Under the pieces are notes generated by a model. It had not been told where the DNA came from and searched no databases. It saw only the letters and a list, made by a program, of their open reading frames with translations. Below are positions 1 to 8,671 of a DNA stretch of 56,554 nt, one piece after another. Source of the DNA: Bradyrhizobium sp. (GTDB lineage Bacteria; Pseudomonadota; Alphaproteobacteria; Rhizobiales; Xanthobacteraceae); assembly GCA_035483915.1 (NCBI GenBank), contig DATHPL010000483.1:1-56554 (forward strand), in the 5' to 3' direction. Position numbers and translations under genes: made by a program. Numbering within the stretch: position 1 is the stretch's first letter; each line of letters begins with the position of its first letter.

Positions 1-77
1 CTGAAAAGTCCTGCGGCAAAGCGGTTTCCTGCTCTAACATCGTCGCCTTGAGGCCCGAAATCGTGATTTTCCCTGTA

Positions 78-101
78 AAATTCCCTGTTTGCAGGGAATT
101 T
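78..101. repeat. Perfect 10-bp inverted repeat AAATTCCCTG-tttg-CAGGGAATTT, preceded by a second TTCCCTGT copy
   Basis: Read directly from the sequence; function unknown. Confidence 0.6.
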
Positions 102-705
102 GGCTGGAGACCGGTGCGATCTGCACTGCGTCGCCAGCCAGGTTTCATCCAGTAAAATCAGTAGCTTATCGAAGCTGGCAGATTTTCATTCTGAACGGGC
201 GGCTATCTTCCTGTTCTTTTCCACGTCAGCGTCCTCAACATCAAGCGCGCCATTGTGTGCGCAAGCAATACTGACTCGTACGACGGCAAAAGAAAACATC
301 GATCTTGTTGGTTGCCATCGGCGAGGATGGAATATTGGCGCGCTTCTTCGAGTTCATTCGTAGCTAGGCGAAATTTAGCGAAGACAGGCGTAGCAGAAAA
401 ACTTGCGCGCTTCTGATCTGCATTCATTATTTCGATCGTTTGTAGAACGCCATGATCGTCGGCTGAGAACACTGAGGCAGTCGACGAGAACGTTGGCGTC
501 GTAGGGTGTCTTCACCACTCGCTTCAACCTTTTTCTGTCCGGCGCTGCGGCAACAGCGATCCGCGTCTCGAGGATCTGTTCTCAGCGGGACACCCTGAGG
601 CCCGATGGTGCGAGAAGGGGCCATGAGCGGACGTGAAGTTCGGCTCCAGCTTCAGTTCCCCTTTAAGGCGGCCTTGGCTTTCCTTGCGCAAGCGCAAGAA
701 CTATA

Positions 706-1749
706 GTGCACCCTATGATGACGATTGCGGATGTCAAGGTTGACGCGGGGAGTAAGACGTTTGCCACGGGCCTACTGCCGGAATTGATCGCGGCGATCCG
801 ACGGTGCCGCAGGGGCGATCTCGTCGCCGTCGTCAGTGGCAATCCAGCGCTTGGGCCAGAGCTCGAAGCTTGGTGCCGCTTCACCCGAAACAGTCTGGTC
901 GATGTGGCGGAGGAGGAGGGACGCACGCGCTGGGTAATACGCCATGGCGAGGCGCCCACGAATGTCGACGGAGATCGGCCCGTAGGTTCGCGTCTGTGGC
1001 TTTATACGAATTTCGACTGCAATTTAAGTTGCGATTATTGCTGTGTGCGCTCCTCGCCCAAGGCGCCGCGCCGCGCGCTCGGCCTCGAGCGGGTGCGACG
1101 AATCGCGAGCGAAGCGGCGACGCTCAGTGTTAAAGAGATTTTTGTGACCGGCGGCGAGCCCTTCATGCTGCCCGATATCGGCGAGATTATTACGTCCTGC
1201 GCGGCGGTCGCGCCGGTTACCGTCCTTACCAACGGCATGCTGTTTTTCGGACGCCGGGTCGAGACACTTCGTGCCTTGCCGCGCGCGCGTGTGACCTTTC
1301 AGATCAGCCTTGATAGTCCGACCGCGGAACGACACGACGCCCATCGCGGATCGGGATCTTGGCATCGGGCCTGGAGGGGAATCGAACTTGCGCGCGCCGA
1401 GGGGTTTCGCGTGCGATTGGCGGCGACGGTGTCGACGGACGACGAAGCCGAAGAGTTTTCCCGCTTTCTTGACATCCATAGCGTTCGCGAGGAAGACCGG
1501 GTGATCCGGCGAATTGCCCTGCGCGGCACAGCAACCGAGGGCATCGCCCTGGCACGGGCGGACCTCGTTCCCGAGGTGACGATCACCGCGGAGGGCGTGT
1601 TCTGGCATCCGGTCGGCGCCGAGGATAACGACCTTCTGATCAGCCGAGAGATCTTTCCGCTCGCCGAATCCTTCGCCGCCGTACGTCGCGCCTTCGACCG
1701 CGAACATCAGCACCAGCGCCGGCTGGCAAAGATATTCAATTGTGCCTAA
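706..1749 (+). CDS. Radical SAM protein with N-terminal TusA/SirA-like domain (Rv1681/MoeX-like); start may be ATG 715
   Basis: CNLSCDYC motif, TGGEP, VLTNG and ISLDS motifs; N-terminal ~75 aa with TusA-like pattern (GDLVAVVSGNP...EAWCRFTRNSLV...WVIRHG); ends in FNCA; no SPASM domain. Confidence 0.85.
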   Translation: MHPMMTIADVKVDAGSKTFATGLLPELIAAIRRCRRGDLVAVVSGNPALGPELEAWCRFTRNSLVDVAEEEGRTRWVIRHGEAPTNVDGDRPVGSRLWLYTNFDCNLSCDYCCVRSSPKAPRRALGLERVRRIASEAATLSVKEIFVTGGEPFMLPDIGEIITSCAAVAPVTVLTNGMLFFGRRVETLRALPRARVTFQISLDSPTAERHDAHRGSGSWHRAWRGIELARAEGFRVRLAATVSTDDEAEEFSRFLDIHSVREEDRVIRRIALRGTATEGIALARADLVPEVTITAEGVFWHPVGAEDNDLLISREIFPLAESFAAVRRAFDREHQHQRRLAKIFNCA

Positions 1750-1758
1750 GGCCGCATG

Positions 1759-2604
1759 CTAGGCCGCAGGCCTCTTCAAAAAGCCCTGCTGCGACGATGC
1801 GTCTCGTAAGCTCGCGTAGGCGTCGAGCTGCGGCGCGATCCACTGGCGCAATCCTTCCGCCTCGAGCACCGGACGATGGATCGGATTGTCGAAGCTCATG
1901 GCGAAGAGTGCCTTGGCGAACGCCTTTTCCAAGGCAGGATCAAGATCAGACCGTGCCGTGAACATGCAGTGATTGAATGGCGGCGAGCTCCAGATCTCTG
2001 TGAGCGCGCCTTCCGGCACCAGGCGTTCGTTCCGCACCGCGTTCCAGAAGGGGCTGCCGATCGCACCGGCATCGGCGCGGCCGTCGAGAACAGCACGAAC
2101 GACGTCGGACTCGCTTGTGCCAGTGTCGCCGTGCTTGCCGAGGTCGGTGTTGAACCGCAGCGACTGATAGTCCTTCCCCTCGAATATTCCCTCGCGCTCG
2201 AGAAAATGGACCGGCAGGATCGCCGCATGCCCGCTGTCGCGGCTGCCGAGCGCCAGTGTGCGGCGCTTGAGATCGGCAAGTTTTGTCACAGGCCCGCCGG
2301 TAACCGCGACGATTTTGGTCATCCAGCCCAAGTCTGTATCGCGCATCGCAATGGGGCGACACCGGTGGTTGCTCCAGGCGTCGGCCTGGATAAAGGCGAG
2401 GTTCGTGTTCCAGCCGATGTCAATACGTGGTAGCGCTTCACCGGGCTCGGAGAGGAGGGCGGCGACCTGCGCCTCGTAGCTTTGAAACAGCACGACTTCG
2501 ACGGGCACGTGTGCTTCCTCGTGGAAATATTTCCGCATGCCTTCCCAGATGCCGACTACTTTCGGATCGTAAGCGACGGCACCAACCCAGATCGACCGGC
2601 TCAT
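1759..2604 (-). CDS. PhnD/phosphonate-binding-fold protein without signal peptide (Rv1680-like)
   Basis: SYEAQVAALL...IDIGWNTNLA, LALGSRDSGHAAILP and VRAVLDGRADAGAIG match the phosphonate-SBP fold; N-terminus has no signal peptide. Confidence 0.75.
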   Translation of the reverse strand: MSRSIWVGAVAYDPKVVGIWEGMRKYFHEEAHVPVEVVLFQSYEAQVAALLSEPGEALPRIDIGWNTNLAFIQADAWSNHRCRPIAMRDTDLGWMTKIVAVTGGPVTKLADLKRRTLALGSRDSGHAAILPVHFLEREGIFEGKDYQSLRFNTDLGKHGDTGTSESDVVRAVLDGRADAGAIGSPFWNAVRNERLVPEGALTEIWSSPPFNHCMFTARSDLDPALEKAFAKALFAMSFDNPIHRPVLEAEGLRQWIAPQLDAYASLRDASSQQGFLKRPAA

Positions 2605-2626
2605 GATTGCCTCTCACCCTTGATGC

Positions 2627-3772
2627 TCAGAACAGCGGAATGCCCAACACTGCCTTGCCGATGAACTCGCGCAAGACGTCGCCCGTCGGCGCCATCACAG
2701 CGCCCGCATGGGCATCGCGGAACAGGCGCTCGATGGCCATGTGCTTTGAGAACGCGGCACCTCCACAGACACGCATCGCCGCCGAAGTGACGGCGATAGC
2801 GACCTCGCCCGCCGCTGCCTTGCACTCAAGCACACGCAATACGGTTGTTTCGCGGGGGCGCTCGAGATGATCGACAAGATCATCGATGCGGGCCGCAAGC
2901 CCGTCAGTGTCGATCTGCATCGTCGCAAGCTGGGCACGAAGCGTCGGCAAGCTCTCACCGAGCGTCGCGCCCAGATGCTCGAAGCGCGCGGACTTCAGAT
3001 GCGTTGCTGCTCCTGCTACCGCCGCGCGGCAAAGTCCGAGCGCGACCGCCGATGTTCCGAGGTTGAACAGCGGAAGCACAACCTCCAGCATCGCCTTGAA
3101 GCCGGCTCCATCATCGATCAACTGGAAGCCGGGCTCGACCTCACAATCCTCGAGGCTCATCGGCGCGGAGGCGTTGGCGCGCATGCCAAAACCGTCCCAG
3201 GGGCCTGCGGTCGACAATCCGGGGTTGTTGCTTGCAATAAGATAGAGAGTCGAGTCGGTCGGACCCTTTCCGTCGGGCGCCAGTGCCGAAACGACGTAGC
3301 TCTGCGCGTGGCCGGCGCTTGTCACCCAGGACTTCTTGGCGTTGATGCGCACATTGGCGCCGTGTCGTTTGCCTCGAGAGACCGGCGCCCAGAAATGACT
3401 GCGCGATCCAGCTTCGCTGAAGGCCAGCGTGGTGAGATGCCCGCCGGCTGCAATCTCTTTGAGCGTCGAAGCCGTGGCTGCGCCTGTCCGCGCGGATGCG
3501 ATAGTTGCGGTGGCGCAGATATGCATCAGATAGACCATCGCCGTAGAAGCATCTGATTCCGCTAGTGTCGCGATGACGGCGGCAAGCGTTCGCGGTCCGA
3601 GGCCCGAGCCGCCGATATCGGTCGGCAGCGTGATCGCCAGCAATCCGCTCGAGCCGAGTGCGGCGATGGCTTCGGAGGAAAATCGCCCATCTTTGTCGTT
3701 CTGTCTGGCCGCCGGTGCGAGAATGCGATCGGCGATGTCCCTGGCACTTGAAACGGCGGTCTCTTGATCCAT
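2627..3772 (-). CDS. Acyl-CoA dehydrogenase family protein (Rv1679/FadE16-like)
   Basis: LAFSEAGSRSHFW, KSWVTSAG, WDGFGMRANAS, GGAAFSK and IERLFRDA motifs. Confidence 0.9.
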   Translation of the reverse strand: MDQETAVSSARDIADRILAPAARQNDKDGRFSSEAIAALGSSGLLAITLPTDIGGSGLGPRTLAAVIATLAESDASTAMVYLMHICATATIASARTGAATASTLKEIAAGGHLTTLAFSEAGSRSHFWAPVSRGKRHGANVRINAKKSWVTSAGHAQSYVVSALAPDGKGPTDSTLYLIASNNPGLSTAGPWDGFGMRANASAPMSLEDCEVEPGFQLIDDGAGFKAMLEVVLPLFNLGTSAVALGLCRAAVAGAATHLKSARFEHLGATLGESLPTLRAQLATMQIDTDGLAARIDDLVDHLERPRETTVLRVLECKAAAGEVAIAVTSAAMRVCGGAAFSKHMAIERLFRDAHAGAVMAPTGDVLREFIGKAVLGIPLF

Positions 3773-4061
3773 GACGGCCCTCGATATTGGCGTTGAAGAT
3801 TCAGACCCGCACTTCTACAGGACCAAGCTAGGCGATCCCCACCATCGGATCAACTCGACAGGTTTCGCTCGATGGCAGGTGGCGGCGTTAGATCGGGGAA
3901 CAATATCCCCGCAAGAATACGTTGCGGAAGACCCTCTTGTTTCATCGGTCGAATTTTATTTTTCATGACACCCTGGCTGTGGCCCGCCGGCGGTCCGGCG
4001 CTTGCCCGCTACCCCTGAGAACGCTACCAATGATCGGGCACGTAACCGGATCTGTTTCGAG

Positions 4062-4874
4062 ATGGCCGCAAATGACGGCGAGGTCCCGCCCATCCTCGCG
4101 CAAAAACACTATGCGCAGCCCTCCGCCTTCACGCCGGAAAGCCTGCTGCGCGAGGCGCGCCGGCAAAAGCGGATCCCGCCATCCAGCACCCCCGCGATCT
4201 GCATCCTCGATCCAGACGGCGACATCCTGCGCAGCTTGCTCGCACATGGCGAGGCGCGGCTGGAAAAAGGCTGGGCCTGCTATCACACGCAGCTTTATTC
4301 GTTCAGCCACGGAGGAATGGAGTTTGGCATTGTCGGCTGCGCCGTTGGCGCCTCCTTTGCAACACTGATCGCCGAGGAAATGTTCGCCTCGGGCTGCAAG
4401 CTGCTGATCAGCGTGACGTCCTCCGGCCAGATCGTGCCGGTGCGCCCGCCGCCTTATTTCATCGTTATCGATCGCGCGTTGCGCGATGAAGGCACGAGTT
4501 ATCATTATGCGCTACCGTCGGACTATTCGCACGCGGATGCCGGATTGATTTCGAAGCTCGACGGCGCCTTTGAAAGATTTCCGGTGCCGGTGCTGACTGG
4601 CGCGACCTGGACCACCGACGCCCCGTTCCGCGAGACGCAAGCCGCGATCGATGCGATGGCCGAGCGCAATCTGTTGGCGGTGGAGATGGAGGCCGCAGCG
4701 CTCTACGCCTTCGCCCGAGCCCGGCAAAAGCCCGTGCTGTGCTTCGCCCATGTGACCAATCAGATGGGGCGCGTCGACGGCGATTTTGAAAAGGGTGAAG
4801 CTGACGGCAGTCGCGACGCGCTGGAGCTCATCGTGATCGCCGCCGATCGCCTGCGCTCACGGGTCCTGCCGTGA
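4062..4874 (+). CDS. Nucleoside phosphorylase family (PNP/UDP-1) protein
   Basis: ALRDEGTSYHY, TWTTDAPFRET and AVEMEAAALY motifs; start set at ATG 4062. Confidence 0.88.
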   Translation: MAANDGEVPPILAQKHYAQPSAFTPESLLREARRQKRIPPSSTPAICILDPDGDILRSLLAHGEARLEKGWACYHTQLYSFSHGGMEFGIVGCAVGASFATLIAEEMFASGCKLLISVTSSGQIVPVRPPPYFIVIDRALRDEGTSYHYALPSDYSHADAGLISKLDGAFERFPVPVLTGATWTTDAPFRETQAAIDAMAERNLLAVEMEAAALYAFARARQKPVLCFAHVTNQMGRVDGDFEKGEADGSRDALELIVIAADRLRSRVLP

Positions 4875-5575
4875 GCGGCGCGGCGATCGGGATCATCTGC
4901 AAGGCGCCTTTGCCAGGCCGTTCAAAGACGCGGCTTGCGTTAGCAATCGGCGCCGACGCGGCCTCACAATTGTCGGCTTGCTTTCTCCGTGACGTGGCGA
5001 CCGCGATCGACGCGGTTCCGGAGGGTCTTGGCCGTCGCGGCTATGGCGTCTACGCGCCTGCGGGGACCGAGCAAATCATGCGCGAATTGCTTCCAAGAAA
5101 TTTCGGGCTGCTGCTGCAGGCCGGCAAGGATCTCGGCGAGGTGTTGCCTGGTGCCTCGCGTGCGCTGCTGGCTTCCGGGCATGACTGCGTACTGCTGGTC
5201 AATGGTGACAGCCCGACCTTGCCGTCCCGCTTCCTGGTACAGGCGATCGAAGCCTTGCGCGAGCCCGGCGACCGGATGGTGCTTGGACCGGCCAGTGACG
5301 GCGGCTACTACCTGATCGGTCTGAAACAAATGCATCCGCAGCTATTCACGCGGATTGTATGGGGAACGGACACCGTGGCAAGCGCCACTCGCGAACGCGC
5401 GGCGGAAATCGGGCTTGCCACAACGTTGCTGCCTGAATGGTACGATATCGACGACGTCGAGACGTTGCGCTGGCTGCAGGAGGAACTGGCCGGCCGCTCG
5501 CGCCGCTTTCGCGCCGGTGGACCTGCACCCGCGAGCCTAGCCTTTCTCAAGGACGCACCTGAGCTAAGCCTATGA
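4871..5575 (+). CDS. DUF2064/TIGR04282-family (CofC-like) transferase
   Basis: KAPLPGRSKTRL, GDSPTLP, VLGPASDGGYYLIG, WGT and WYDIDD motifs; GTGA overlap with upstream gene. Confidence 0.88.
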   Translation: MSGAAIGIICKAPLPGRSKTRLALAIGADAASQLSACFLRDVATAIDAVPEGLGRRGYGVYAPAGTEQIMRELLPRNFGLLLQAGKDLGEVLPGASRALLASGHDCVLLVNGDSPTLPSRFLVQAIEALREPGDRMVLGPASDGGYYLIGLKQMHPQLFTRIVWGTDTVASATRERAAEIGLATTLLPEWYDIDDVETLRWLQEELAGRSRRFRAGGPAPASLAFLKDAPELSL

Positions 5576-6882
5576 GTCCGCTCGCGAGGTTGATCGGCAT
5601 TGCCGCCGCTTTGATCGCTCTCACCTCGGTCACTCCTTTTGCGTTCAGGACTCTCGGCGACAATGCCTACATCGCTCTGACCATGATCGCGGCCTTGCTG
5701 ACGATCGTTGCGACGCGCCAGGCCGAACGCGCGCCGCCTGATCGCGTGCTGTGGCTGATCTTTTCGGTCGCGATCCTGCTTCGCGTCTATGTGCTGTTGT
5801 TCGATCCGCTGCTGTCCAGCGACATCTACCGCTACATCTGGGATGGCAGAGTTCAGGCCGCCGGCATCAATCCTTACCGCTATTTTCCAGCCGATCCGGC
5901 GCTGGCGTCCCTGCGCGACGCGGCGATCTTCCCGCACATCAACCGTGTTGATACGGCGGCGACCATCTACCCGCCGGTCGCGCAATTCTTCTTCCTGATC
6001 GTCACGCGGTTCGGCGAGAACGTCACCACGATGCGTCTTGCGATGCTCGCATGCGACGCCGTCTCCGTCGCGCTGATCATGCTATTCCTGCGGCAGATGG
6101 ACCAGCCGGTGACGCGCGTGATCGCTTATCTCTGGCACCCGCTTCCGTTATGGGAGATTGCCAATGGCGGTCATGTCGACGCACTGATGGTCGCCTTGAT
6201 GCTGTCGGGCTTGTGGGTGGCCATGACTGGAAAGGCGCTACGCGGCGTCGCCTTGATCGCGTTCTCGGCACTGGTCAAGCCGTATGTGGCGCCGGTGCTG
6301 GCTGGCATCTGGCGTCCCTGGAATCTGAAAATGCCGCTGGTTGTGGTCGCCGTCACGGTGCTGTGTTATCTGCCGTACTTGTCGGTCGGTTGGGGTGTGT
6401 TCGGCTATCTGACCAAAGGTTATATGGCGGAAGAGGGGATCAGTGCCGGCTACGAGCTCTGGCCGCTCGCGCTATGGCGGTTGGCGTTTGGCGAACATCG
6501 GGGCGATGTCGCCGTCTATCTGGTGCTGGCTACGCTCGCGCTGTTGTTTGCGGCGTTTGTGGTAGCTTTCCGTACTGATCGCAACGTGGCTTCCAGTCTG
6601 GGTAGCATCAACATGCTGCTGCTTCTTTCGCTGCTATTGGTGTCGCCGAACTATCCCTGGTACTTTCTGGCGGTCACACCGTTCGTTGCCTTGTGCGGTT
6701 CTCCACCGACCTGGGCCGTTTCGATCGCGGCCCTGATGCTGTCGGAGCAACTCGACTGGGATTTCTACATTCCGAGAATGGTGACAAAATCGGTTCTGTT
6801 CGGGGGTCTGTTGCTGGCCTGGGCCTGGGTGGCCTGGAGGAGTCGCCAGTCAAGGACCGCAAATGCAGGATCATCGCAATGA
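5572..6882 (+). CDS. GT-C fold membrane glycosyltransferase (GT87/DUF2029-like)
   Basis: Multiple hydrophobic segments; SSDIYRYIWDG...GINPY, IYPP, NGGHVD and PWY motifs; ATGA overlap. Confidence 0.82.
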   Translation: MSPLARLIGIAAALIALTSVTPFAFRTLGDNAYIALTMIAALLTIVATRQAERAPPDRVLWLIFSVAILLRVYVLLFDPLLSSDIYRYIWDGRVQAAGINPYRYFPADPALASLRDAAIFPHINRVDTAATIYPPVAQFFFLIVTRFGENVTTMRLAMLACDAVSVALIMLFLRQMDQPVTRVIAYLWHPLPLWEIANGGHVDALMVALMLSGLWVAMTGKALRGVALIAFSALVKPYVAPVLAGIWRPWNLKMPLVVVAVTVLCYLPYLSVGWGVFGYLTKGYMAEEGISAGYELWPLALWRLAFGEHRGDVAVYLVLATLALLFAAFVVAFRTDRNVASSLGSINMLLLLSLLLVSPNYPWYFLAVTPFVALCGSPPTWAVSIAALMLSEQLDWDFYIPRMVTKSVLFGGLLLAWAWVAWRSRQSRTANAGSSQ

Positions 6883-7958
6883 GCCCTACCGGCGAAACGC
6901 CAGGCGCGCGCGGTCCCTTCGATCCCCGCCGCTATCACGAGCAGGTCGTAGCCGAGCGTACAGCTGTTGCGGAGCGTCCGCCGGTCTGCCTCTATCTGGA
7001 AGTGACCAACCGCTGCAATCTGCTCTGCACGACCTGCCCGCGCACTTACGAGGAGCTCGAGCCGCCGCGTGATATGGACTGGGAGCTGTTCACATCGATC
7101 GTCGACCAGGCTCCTGATCTCTCTCGCGCGGTCCTGCATGGCGTCGGCGAGCCGATGTTGGTCGCGAACCTGCCCAAAATGGTCAAATATCTCAAGGATC
7201 GCGGCGTCTACGTTCTGTTCAACACCAACGGCACCGTGCTCAGCGAGCGCAATGGCCTCGCGCTGATCGATGCGGGTCTCGATGAGCTCAGGGTATCGCT
7301 CGATGCCTCGAGCCGCGAAAGTTTCAAAGCGATCCGCGGCCGCGATTATTTCAACCGCATCATCCGCAATGTCCGCGCGTTTCGCAAGCTGCAGGAGCGC
7401 GAGGGGCACGCAAAGCCGCAGGTATCTGTTTGGCTTACCGGCCTGAAGGAAACGGTCGAGGAATTGCCGGCCTTTGTGCAGGTCGCAGCCGAAGCCGGCG
7501 TCAGGGAAGTCTACCTGCAGCGCCTGGTGTTCTTTGATGAAGCGGCGATTGGCAAGGCGCAGCCGGATCAGGCGCTGTTCGAACGCCTGACCGCGGAGGA
7601 GGCCGCCTATCTGAAACAGGCTGAGGACCTCGCGCGTTCGCTCGGCATCATCTTCAGCGCGTCGGGCGCGGCGAGCGAGCCGGGGTTGAGCCTCAAGGCG
7701 AGCGGCGATGGTTCGCCATGGTCGCTGTGCCGGCGGCCCTGGTCCTTGATGTATTTTACTGCCAATGGCCGCGCGCTACCATGCTGCATCGCGCCGTTTT
7801 CGCAGCATGGCTACGACAATTATACGCTCGGCCATGCCGAAAAGCAGCCGTTGCAGGATATCTGGAACGGACCCGCCTATCGCGAATTTCGTGCGGCGCT
7901 GCTGTCGGACAAGCCGCCCAAAGCCTGCGCCAGTTGCGGCCTGCGCTGGAGCCTGTGA
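6879..7958 (+). CDS. Radical SAM protein with C-terminal SPASM/twitch domain
   Basis: CNLLCTTC, HGVGEP and FNTNG motifs; C-terminal CRRPW...PCC...DIWNG...CASC; start ATG 6879 overlaps upstream stop. Confidence 0.9.
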   Translation: MSPTGETPGARGPFDPRRYHEQVVAERTAVAERPPVCLYLEVTNRCNLLCTTCPRTYEELEPPRDMDWELFTSIVDQAPDLSRAVLHGVGEPMLVANLPKMVKYLKDRGVYVLFNTNGTVLSERNGLALIDAGLDELRVSLDASSRESFKAIRGRDYFNRIIRNVRAFRKLQEREGHAKPQVSVWLTGLKETVEELPAFVQVAAEAGVREVYLQRLVFFDEAAIGKAQPDQALFERLTAEEAAYLKQAEDLARSLGIIFSASGAASEPGLSLKASGDGSPWSLCRRPWSLMYFTANGRALPCCIAPFSQHGYDNYTLGHAEKQPLQDIWNGPAYREFRAALLSDKPPKACASCGLRWSL

Positions 7959-8671
7959 CCAAGGTGACTCATGCGCCGCTCGTCTCAGCGATCATTCCCT
8001 GTCTCGACGAGGAGACCGCGATCGGCAAGGTCGTGAACGCGGTACTGGCACGAGATGTCAGCGAGGTCGTCGTTGTCGATGGTGGCTCGAGGGATCGCAC
8101 CGTCGAGCGCGCAACGGAAGCAGGCGCGCGCGTGATCATCGAATTGCGGCGCGGCTATGGTCGCGCCATCCAGGCCGGCATTGCCGCCGTGCGCAGTGAT
8201 GCCGATATTCTCGTTTTCCTCGATGGCGACGGCAGCGATCCCGCGGAATTCATCCCGGCTCTGGTATCGCCGATTGCCGCCGGTCGGGCCGTCTTCGTGC
8301 TCGGCTCGCGCGTGCGCGGGCCTCGCGAGCCCGGCAGCCTCGCGCCGCAACAATTGCTTGCGGGCCATGTCGGCGGGCTGCTCCTGCGGTTGGTCTATGG
8401 CGCGCGCTTCACCGATCTCTCACCGTTTCGTGCGATCCGCAGTGATGCCCTCAAAGGTCTCGGCATGAAGGAGGAGACGTTCGGCTGGAACCTGGAAATG
8501 CTGATGCGCGTCGCGGCCGCGCGCTTGCCGGCGCTCGAAATCGCGGTCGGGCAGCGGCGGCGGATCGGCGGCGTCTCGAAGGTCTCCGGCAATTTCATTG
8601 CCGGCCTCAAGGCGGCTTGGTCTATTTCGACGACATTCATTCGTCTTGCGCTTGCGCTGCGGAAAACCTGA
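7955..8671 (+). CDS. GT2 glycosyltransferase (DPM/polyprenol-phosphate sugar synthase-like)
   Basis: IIPCLDEE, VVVDGGSRDRT, RGYGRA, FLDGDGS and RIGGVSKVSG motifs; GTG start overlaps upstream stop. Confidence 0.88.
   Translation: MTKVTHAPLVSAIIPCLDEETAIGKVVNAVLARDVSEVVVVDGGSRDRTVERATEAGARVIIELRRGYGRAIQAGIAAVRSDADILVFLDGDGSDPAEFIPALVSPIAAGRAVFVLGSRVRGPREPGSLAPQQLLAGHVGGLLLRLVYGARFTDLSPFRAIRSDALKGLGMKEETFGWNLEMLMRVAAARLPALEIAVGQRRRIGGVSKVSGNFIAGLKAAWSISTTFIRLALALRKT

Noticed and set aside
89-624. Short ORFs at the left edge (e.g. 203-472, 427-624) as rSAM precursor peptides or selenoproteins
   Set aside because: No RBS or family motif, atypical composition, and no convincing in-frame UGA with a redox motif
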